Shown in pieces: positions 57,961 to 64,000 of a DNA stretch of 64,000 nt (the stretch's first letter is position 1; each line of letters begins with the position of its first letter). A program made the position numbers and the translations under genes. The stretch is from the NCBI RefSeq assembly GCF_028368995.1, contig NZ_JAQNDL010000001.1, positions 672,001-736,000 of the forward strand, in the 5' to 3' direction. Under the pieces are notes generated by a model that saw only the letters and a list, made by a program, of their open reading frames with translations, had not been told where the DNA came from and did no database searches. The DNA comes from Nannocystis bainbridge (GTDB lineage: Bacteria; Myxococcota_A; Polyangia; Nannocystales; Nannocystaceae).

Positions 57961-59153
57961 CGCACCCCCCGTTCCCCGATCACGTCGTGACGCGCCGGCT
58001 CCTCGCGGCGCACCACGACCAGCCCGTCGAGGACCTCGTGCCAGGCTGCGCGCTGAAATTCATGGTTGATGGGGCGAGCCTCGACGGAGCCCAGCGCCCG
58101 CAGCTCCGCCGCGTCGAGGTAGCGCAGCGCCTGCTCGGGCCCCAGCGCCCGGCCCTCGAGCGACGCGGGCGGCGCGACCGAGAGCTCCCGACCCGCGCGC
58201 CCGCGCGGCTGGGTGGCCCCCGACCAGGCGGAGAAGCCGATCGCCGCGGCCCGCTCGCCGTACTGCGCGTGCACGTACTGCCCGAGCGGCGAGAACCCGC
58301 GATAGGCCGCGATCGCCTCGAGATCCTTGGCCGCGTGCACGGTCGCGCACCACACGATCGTCTTGCCCGCGTCGCCCTGCCGCCGCCGATGCCACACGAA
58401 GTTGGCGAACATCGACCGGTCGCGTTCATTAAAACCATCGCGCCGATCGACGACAAAATCTCGCGCGACCCACCGCGCCAGGTTGCTCGCCATGACCAGG
58501 TCCTCGGCCGCTTTCGGCGACGGCGCCGCGCCGGCGATCGCCGCCTGGATGTCCGCGAGACATTTCACGAGCGCCGCCTGCGTCTCCGGCGAATGCGGGT
58601 GGTCCTCGTCGTAGGTCCACAGGTGATGCCGCGCGATCTGGGCCTCGCACGCGTCCTTGCGCCCCGGCGGCAGCCAGGCCGCCAGCACCGCCGGCAGCTC
58701 TCGCTGCGCATAATAAGCCGTGGAGTGGAGCTGGTCGTCGAGCCCGCGCAGCTTCAACCGGCCCGCCGCCGCCGCCGCGTGCATGAACCCGATCCACGGC
58801 TGCGTCTCGCGGGCCTCCGACCACACCGCGCCGATGGCGTTCGCCACGTCGCGCGCCGTCGCAGTGCCCGCGGCGTACTTGTGCTCGAGCGCGAGCATCT
58901 CGTAGATGTCGCTCTCGATGAACAGCGCCTCGAACCCGCACGAATCGACCAGCGCGCGCACCAGCGCGGTCTTGATCGCCCAGGTGCGACCGTCCCCGTG
59001 CTCGCTCTCGCCGAGCAGCACGACCTGCTTGTCGCAGACATCGGCGACCAGGCGCTCGAGCTCGCGCTGCTCCGCGCTCGCGCTCGCCGGCGCCGAGGCG
59101 GGCCCCGGCGCGCACGCGGCGAGGGCCAGAAACACGATCGTGGGCCGCTTCAT
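57957..59153 (-). CDS. Erythromycin esterase (EreA/B) family lipoprotein
   Basis: MKRPTIVFLALAAC lipobox; VVLLGESEHG, GFEALFIES, GLDDQ, RDRSMFAN, KTIVWCATVH. Confidence 0.85.
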   Translation of the reverse strand: MKRPTIVFLALAACAPGPASAPASASAEQRELERLVADVCDKQVVLLGESEHGDGRTWAIKTALVRALVDSCGFEALFIESDIYEMLALEHKYAAGTATARDVANAIGAVWSEARETQPWIGFMHAAAAAGRLKLRGLDDQLHSTAYYAQRELPAVLAAWLPPGRKDACEAQIARHHLWTYDEDHPHSPETQAALVKCLADIQAAIAGAAPSPKAAEDLVMASNLARWVARDFVVDRRDGFNERDRSMFANFVWHRRRQGDAGKTIVWCATVHAAKDLEAIAAYRGFSPLGQYVHAQYGERAAAIGFSAWSGATQPRGRAGRELSVAPPASLEGRALGPEQALRYLDAAELRALGSVEARPINHEFQRAAWHEVLDGLVVVRREEPARHDVIGERGVR

Positions 59154-59170
59154 GGTCGTCGCCTCGACCT

Positions 59171-60316
59171 TCAGCCCCGCACGATCGGCAGGTGCACGCG
59201 CGCCTGGTAGTGCGCCAGCGCGGCCGCGGCGCCCGCCCGAGTCTGCCAGTCGGCCCACGTATCGGTGTACGGATCGTAACCGCACTTGAGCGGCTTGCTG
59301 TCCTCGACCGCCGGGTCGGCCAGCAGCGCCCGGCAGCCGGTGCACGCATAACGGTACGGACAATCGCGGCAGACCTCGATCTCGTCGTTGCGGGCGGCCC
59401 AGACCCGGCGAAACGCCTCGTCCGCGACCACCTGCGCCAGCGAGACCGCCCGGTGGTCGCCGAACGACCCGCGCATGGCCGGGCAGTTGCGGACCTCGCC
59501 GCGCTCGTCGATCGCCAGCTTGCGATTCAGGCAGCCGCTGAATTGCCGCAGCTCGTTGAAGGTCGGCGTGGTCGGCGGCAGCAGCTGCCGCTTGCCGATC
59601 TGCCCGCAGTCCAGCGCCGACTCGAGCGGCTTGACGGTCATCGAGATCTCGAGCGTCAACAGCGTCGCGGCGTCCCCACGCGCCCCGTAGTCGACCGCGA
59701 GCCGCCGCTCCTGCGGCGCCGAATGGACCGTGAGCCCGGTGATGAGGCGATGGGCGCCGACCACCGCCACGTAGTCGTCGTCGCTGCGCCCGGGCTCGTG
59801 GGCGAGGATCGCCTCCAGCGTCTGGATCGACGAGCCCCGGCACAGGCGCGCCAGCTCGTCGAGCTCGGCCAGGCCGAACACCCCGGCGTAGCCCCGCACC
59901 TGGAGGTGCTGGCAGCCGAGGCCGCTCAGCTCGGCGACGATCTTGCGATAGTCGTGGTGCTGCCCGCGGACGTCGACGATGGCGTTGTGGATCGCGCAAG
60001 GCGCGTCCCAGGCCCTGGAGATCTCCGGAAACGCCGCCGCGTCGGCGACGACCGCCACGTATTCGTTCGCCAGCAAGAAATCCAGGAACGCCACGAAATC
60101 GTCGTGCTCCTCGGGCGACAGCGCGTCCACGATCTCGCCCAGGCGGCGGGCCCGGAACAGCGCGAAGAACGGGAAATAGGCCGACGGGAACGTCGAGATG
60201 TGCTTGCGGGTGAGGTCGTAGATCGCCGACGCGGCGGCCCCCTCGACCGGCACGCAGTCGGAGAAGAGGAACACGTACTCGTCGCGTCGGTCGCGTAACA
60301 ATTGAGTGGAGTCCAT
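59171..60316 (-). CDS. Grasp-with-SPASM system SPASM-domain peptide maturase
   Basis: FSDCVPVEG..SAIYDL.R, NAIVD, CLNRKLAID..G.VRNCP.M, IEVCRDC.YRYAC.GCR, KPLKCGYDPY; no CxxxCxxC radical-SAM motif. Confidence 0.88.
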   Translation of the reverse strand: MDSTQLLRDRRDEYVFLFSDCVPVEGAAASAIYDLTRKHISTFPSAYFPFFALFRARRLGEIVDALSPEEHDDFVAFLDFLLANEYVAVVADAAAFPEISRAWDAPCAIHNAIVDVRGQHHDYRKIVAELSGLGCQHLQVRGYAGVFGLAELDELARLCRGSSIQTLEAILAHEPGRSDDDYVAVVGAHRLITGLTVHSAPQERRLAVDYGARGDAATLLTLEISMTVKPLESALDCGQIGKRQLLPPTTPTFNELRQFSGCLNRKLAIDERGEVRNCPAMRGSFGDHRAVSLAQVVADEAFRRVWAARNDEIEVCRDCPYRYACTGCRALLADPAVEDSKPLKCGYDPYTDTWADWQTRAGAAAALAHYQARVHLPIVRG

Positions 60317-60319
60317 CGT

Positions 60320-60520
60320 TCAAAGCTCCGGTTTGGAGATCGGTTTGCCCGCGTGACGGGCGTACATCACCGAATGGCGGTACTTCGGCAGCTCGAGCGT
60401 CGCCCGCTGCGTCGCCTCGGCGTCGACGATCGCGGCGCTGATGACGATCCGCGCGTAGCCCAGCGGCAGGCTCGCCTTGAGAAGGGGGGTCAGGGTCATC
60501 TCTTCAAACTCTTTGCTCAC
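60320..60520 (-). CDS. Small accessory protein of grasp-with-SPASM cluster (66 aa)
   Basis: Overlaps ATP-grasp stop, ends 3 nt before SPASM start; good codon bias. Confidence 0.7.
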   Translation of the reverse strand: MSKEFEEMTLTPLLKASLPLGYARIVISAAIVDAEATQRATLELPKYRHSVMYARHAGKPISKPEL

Positions 60521-61499
60521 GCGCCACCAGCCTCTCTGCGATCATTCGCTCGATCGCCATGTTGCAGCGCTCCGACAGCGGGCCGAACTGCCCGACCGGG
60601 TTGACCTCGAGCAGGTAGTATTCGCCGTGCGCGTCGACGATCATGTCGAACGAGCCGGTGTTCAGATCGAGCGAGCGCGCCAGCAGGGACAGCTTGGCCT
60701 CGATCTCCGGCGGCAGGCGAAACGGGACCACCCGGTTCGGTCTTTCGCTGTTGTACTTGCGATAGTCGACGCGGGTCTGCGCGTCGCTCTGCGAGAAGAT
60801 GGCCGCCGCGCGAAACTGGTCGTCGAGGAAGAACACCCGCAGCTCGAAGGCCTTGTCGACGTACCGCTGGAACAGCGACGGCGCCATGCGCTCGCCCACG
60901 CCCTCGAGCACCCGCGGCTCGAGCGCCTCGGTGTACGTGAAGTACCCGGTCCTGCTCTCGGTCGTGTCGAACAGATAGAGGCCGTCGGACATCGCCTTGG
61001 TCACGTAGCCGCAGCCCGAAGCCACCAGGCTCTGCGCGTGGCTGCGCAGGTTCGACACGCTGTACGGCGGCGTGCGCAGGCCGACCTCGCGCGCGCGCCC
61101 CAGCACCACCAGCTTGTTGGGGGCCGAGCCGTTGGCGCTGCCCAGCACGGCGCTGCGCCGCCGCAGCAGGTCGTGAAAGTGGTCGCGCAGGGTGCGGTTC
61201 TCCAGGTCGAGCTTGTGTTGCAGGTGCCGCGCCAGCGCCGGGTGCTCGGGCGCCGCCACGCTCGGGAACAGGCCCTTGAACCAGAAGCCGCCCTTGCGCA
61301 GCCAGACGCTCGTCACGTCCTCGAGGCCGAACGCGTCCTCGTCGACCCGGACGGAGAAATCATCGTCCGAGATCGTCAGCTCGACGCTGTACTCCTCGTC
61401 CGCGTTGATCCGCACGACCTTCGCGTCGCTCAGGTGGTCGATCCATCGCATCACGTCGAGGGTCGAAGGATCCCCGGAATTGCTGAAGATCAAGATCAT
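60504..61499 (-). CDS. ATP-grasp peptide maturase (graspetide synthetase, grasp-with-SPASM type)
   Basis: ATG 61499 with GGAG RBS; SVWLRK, NKL..L..A..VGL.TP, TKAMSD, PSLFQRYVDKAFELRVF, VDYR, LNTGSFDMI, LEVNPVGQFG. Confidence 0.92.
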   Translation of the reverse strand: MILIFSNSGDPSTLDVMRWIDHLSDAKVVRINADEEYSVELTISDDDFSVRVDEDAFGLEDVTSVWLRKGGFWFKGLFPSVAAPEHPALARHLQHKLDLENRTLRDHFHDLLRRRSAVLGSANGSAPNKLVVLGRAREVGLRTPPYSVSNLRSHAQSLVASGCGYVTKAMSDGLYLFDTTESRTGYFTYTEALEPRVLEGVGERMAPSLFQRYVDKAFELRVFFLDDQFRAAAIFSQSDAQTRVDYRKYNSERPNRVVPFRLPPEIEAKLSLLARSLDLNTGSFDMIVDAHGEYYLLEVNPVGQFGPLSERCNMAIERMIAERLVAREQRV

Positions 61500-61591
61500 G
61501 GCAGGCTCCATCGCTCGTATCGCCCGCATCGGGCCGGAGAGGCGCGGCCTCCACCGGCACATGCCGGTAGAGGCCACGACCCTCGCGCGGG

Positions 61592-61753
61592 TCAGTCGTT
61601 GTCGTTGACGCCGTCGATGTGGCACTTCGACTTCGTGCCCGAGCTCTCCGGGGGCATCCCGCCGGTCACCTGGCACAGCTCGTCCGCGCCGAGCGTGTTG
61701 GCCGTGAACTTGGGCAGCTGCTTCTCTTCGTTCTTTCTAAGGTTCTTTTTCAT
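61592..61753 (-). CDS. RiPP precursor 3 (double-glycine leader; core MPPESSGTKSKCHIDGVNDND)
   Basis: MKKNLRKNEEKQLPKFTANTLGADELCQVTGG|core; paralogous to two upstream ORFs. Confidence 0.88.
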   Translation of the reverse strand: MKKNLRKNEEKQLPKFTANTLGADELCQVTGGMPPESSGTKSKCHIDGVNDND

Positions 61754-61860
61754 GACACGATTCCATCTCTCCCCGTTCGCACGGGGTTCTCTCCGCGCTC
61801 GCCCCGTACCATCGGGGGCGAGCCTCATGGTCCATTCTTGCGTGTTCGCTTCGCCGCGGC

Positions 61861-62043
61861 TCAGGCCACGCCGCCGCCGCCGTCGCCGTCGTCGATGCCG
61901 TCGATGTGGCAGATCGACCACGTGCTGCCGGACTCCGGCTCCCTCCCGCCGGTCACCCGGCACAGCTCGTCCGCGCCGAGCGTGCGGCCGCTGAACTTGG
62001 GGAGCTTGTTCTCGTGGTCTCGCTTCTTCATGGGCTTATTCAT
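61861..62043 (-). CDS. RiPP precursor 2 (core REPESGSTWSICHIDGIDDGDGGGGVA)
   Basis: Leader ...LPKFSGRTLGADELCRVTGG; GGAAGGAATGGA upstream. Confidence 0.88.
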   Translation of the reverse strand: MNKPMKKRDHENKLPKFSGRTLGADELCRVTGGREPESGSTWSICHIDGIDDGDGGGGVA

Positions 62044-62113
62044 GGTCTAGTTCCATTCCTTCCCGCAGGTGCGGGAAAATCATCGTTCAAGACGGTACCG
62101 CTGCCAGTCACTG

Positions 62114-62281
62114 TCAGTTGCAGCCGTCACAAGTACCGTCGACGTGGCAGACGCTGTGCGTGTTGGCGGTCTCCGGCGGCATCCCGCCCTTGACCTGGCA
62201 CAGCTCGTCCGCGCCGAGGGTCTGGCCGTGGAACCTCGGCAGCTTCTTCTCGTCGTCGCGCTTCTTCATGGGCTTGTTCAT
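62114..62281 (-). CDS. RiPP precursor 1 (core MPPETANTHSVCHVDGTCDGCN)
   Basis: Leader ...LPRFHGQTLGADELCQVKGG; upstream sequence nearly identical to that of precursor 2. Confidence 0.88.
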   Translation of the reverse strand: MNKPMKKRDDEKKLPRFHGQTLGADELCQVKGGMPPETANTHSVCHVDGTCDGCN

Positions 62282-62319
62282 GTCTAGTTCCATTCCTTCC
62301 CGTTTCGCACGGGACAATC

Positions 62320-62490
62320 ATTCAAGGGTATTCCCCGCACCGCGTGATACGGGGGTAGGTGTAAGTCATCGCCGCTAATCGAACTCAAGTCGACGATGCA
62401 CCTCGGACACGCGTCCCCTCGCCGCTGGTTTCGAAAAAATTTTAAATCATCAAAGCACCACGACCGGGCCTGATTTTCCCCGAATAGCGC
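62320..62490 (-). promoter_or_regulatory. AT-rich probable promoter region of RiPP cluster
   Basis: TTTCGAAAAAATTTTAAATCATC island in a high-GC background, upstream of first precursor; exact elements not assigned. Confidence 0.4.
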
Positions 62491-62828
62491 GGGCTGGACG
62501 ATGATTCGCCGCCCCTGACATTCGTGTCGCGGCGAAACGCCGGGGCGACACGCGAGAATCCTCGACCGCCGCGCGAGGCCGTCTCCGCGCAATCGAGAAC
62601 TCGTTGGTCGGCGCTCCGTGAGCTCCGACACTATCCCCATCGCCGGCCCGCGACCAGCGCAGCGAGGGTCCGGGCGACCCACTGCATGGATTGCCCGCCC
62701 GCTGCGAGACGGCCGCTCTCCATGGCCATTCACCGCACCACGAATGGCCATACCCCCGCGATGCTCCCCGGTGCGCGAGGGCCGAACTGCCGCTTCGCCG
62801 GCGGCCGCGACCCGGTTATGCTCCGCGC

Positions 62829-63818
62829 ATGCGCCCCGCGCCTCACCGCCTGACGATCGCCCTCGCGGCGCTCCTCGCGTGCGGCCCGGCCCGCGACGAG
62901 GCCCCGGCCCCGCTCCCGGTCCCGCATGCGCCCGCGGACCCGCCCGGGCCCGCCGCGCCCCTCGAAGCACCCCCCGCCTCGCGCGACGACGCTTCCGTGC
63001 ATCACCAGGCATTCGCCCGCCGCGTCCTCTACACCTGGACCACCCCGGCCCAGATCGACGCCCTGCGCCGCTCCCGACGCCTGCTGGTCGCCGACAGCGA
63101 CGTCGGCGAGCGCTCGCCCTACCTGCGCGCGCTCGACCGCCTCGCCGGCACCCACCCGCTCGCCGCGATCCTGCGCGACCACCCCGGCCATCGCCGGCGC
63201 CGTTACGCCTGGACCAGCCCGCTCGCCACCACCCTCGGCCTCGGCGAGCGCCGCTACGGCGACGCCCTGATCCGCATCGACCTCACGGACGACGCCCTCG
63301 TGGTCGGCTTCCGCCCGCACGCCGCCGAGCCGTTTGTCCTCGAGGACATGTCCGGAGAGCCAGTCGATCTCGCCGTCGCCCTCGCCGACCCCGGGCGGAT
63401 CGCCGCCGTTTATCACGTCCGCGACGGCCCCGACGACGCCGTCGCCTTCCGCGAGTACGTCGTCTGCAACGAGTCGCGGATCGCCGCCTGGTCGGTCGCC
63501 ACGCCGGAGCTCCGCGCCCGCGTCGACGCCGACATCGCCCTGCTCGAGGCGCGGCGCCGCGACCTGGCCCATCTGCCCGCCGCCGCCGTGCGCAGCCCGG
63601 CCACCGCCGTGTGGGCCACCGCGCCGGACCGCCCGACCCCGCTCGATCTCTGGCACGCCCGGCTCGCCTTCGACAACGAGCGCTACCGGCCCACGCCTGC
63701 CAACCTCGCCGCCATCATCGCCGCGCTACGCGACTACGACCCCGCCGGCGAGCCGCTGATCCACCGGCCCGATGCCGCCTTCCCCGAAGGTCAGCTCGCG
63801 TCCCAGACCGCGCGGTAG
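62829..63818 (+). CDS. Hypothetical lipoprotein, possible ADP-ribosyltransferase-like fold
   Basis: ALAALLAC lipobox; LYTWTT, YAWTSP, YG..LIRIDL, FREYVV. Confidence 0.7.
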   Translation: MRPAPHRLTIALAALLACGPARDEAPAPLPVPHAPADPPGPAAPLEAPPASRDDASVHHQAFARRVLYTWTTPAQIDALRRSRRLLVADSDVGERSPYLRALDRLAGTHPLAAILRDHPGHRRRRYAWTSPLATTLGLGERRYGDALIRIDLTDDALVVGFRPHAAEPFVLEDMSGEPVDLAVALADPGRIAAVYHVRDGPDDAVAFREYVVCNESRIAAWSVATPELRARVDADIALLEARRRDLAHLPAAAVRSPATAVWATAPDRPTPLDLWHARLAFDNERYRPTPANLAAIIAALRDYDPAGEPLIHRPDAAFPEGQLASQTAR

Positions 63819-64000
63819 CGGGCCTGCAGCTCCGCCCACTCCTCCGGCGCGCCGACGAAGATCCCCTCGCTCCACGAGAACACGTCGCTCGGGCGATCGT
63901 CGGCCTCGTACAGCGGGATCACGTGCACGTGCAAGTGACGCGACGTCTGCGTCATCTCGCCCGCGCTGCTGCCCGTCGACGCCACATAGCAGCGGCGCGG
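63791..64000 (-). CDS. HIT family protein (5'-truncated)
   Basis: HLHVHVIP histidine triad. Confidence 0.8.
   Translation of the reverse strand, partial: PRRCYVASTGSSAGEMTQTSRHLHVHVIPLYEADDRPSDVFSWSEGIFVGAPEEWAELQARYRAVWDAS

Noticed and set aside
59171-60316. Radical SAM enzyme (ranthipeptide/sactipeptide type)
   Set aside because: No CxxxCxxC motif; only SPASM cysteines present
57957-60323. 788-aa ORF as a single fusion protein
   Set aside because: N-terminal half is a shadow of the SPASM gene; real start is the lipoprotein signal at 59153

Overview
GC-rich window that looks myxobacterial (Nannocystis-like, inferred from the many Thr/Ser-stalk Cys-rich lipoproteins, the DUF4215-type repeats and a kinase/ECF pair). 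Most long overlapping ORFs in the track are GC shadow frames. Main content: (1) 1-12397, the 3' part of an uncharacterised operon of three giant proteins (OmpA-like plus long beta-rich protein, Fn3/Ig-like protein, and a protein ending in a phospholipase D fold with degenerate HKD motifs). (2) An orphan T6SS module (vgrG plus pseudokinase) converging on Eag chaperone, prePAAR-TMD-PAAR effector and probable immunity gene. (3) A two-desaturase, enoyl-CoA isomerase, cfa lipid operon. (4) An SdpAB-like HTTM pair. (5) An apparently intact RiPP cluster at 53867-62281: three double-glycine precursors with core PExxxTxSxCHxDGxxD, an ATP-grasp ligase, a 66-aa protein, a SPASM-only maturase, an erythromycin-esterase-family lipoprotein, a C39 peptidase ABC transporter and two adaptors. 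(6) A dispersed family of intergenic arrays of the palindrome GACATGTC at strict 14-bp period. No rRNA, tRNA, CRISPR or transposase was recognised. All family assignments come from motif recognition by eye; no searches were run.
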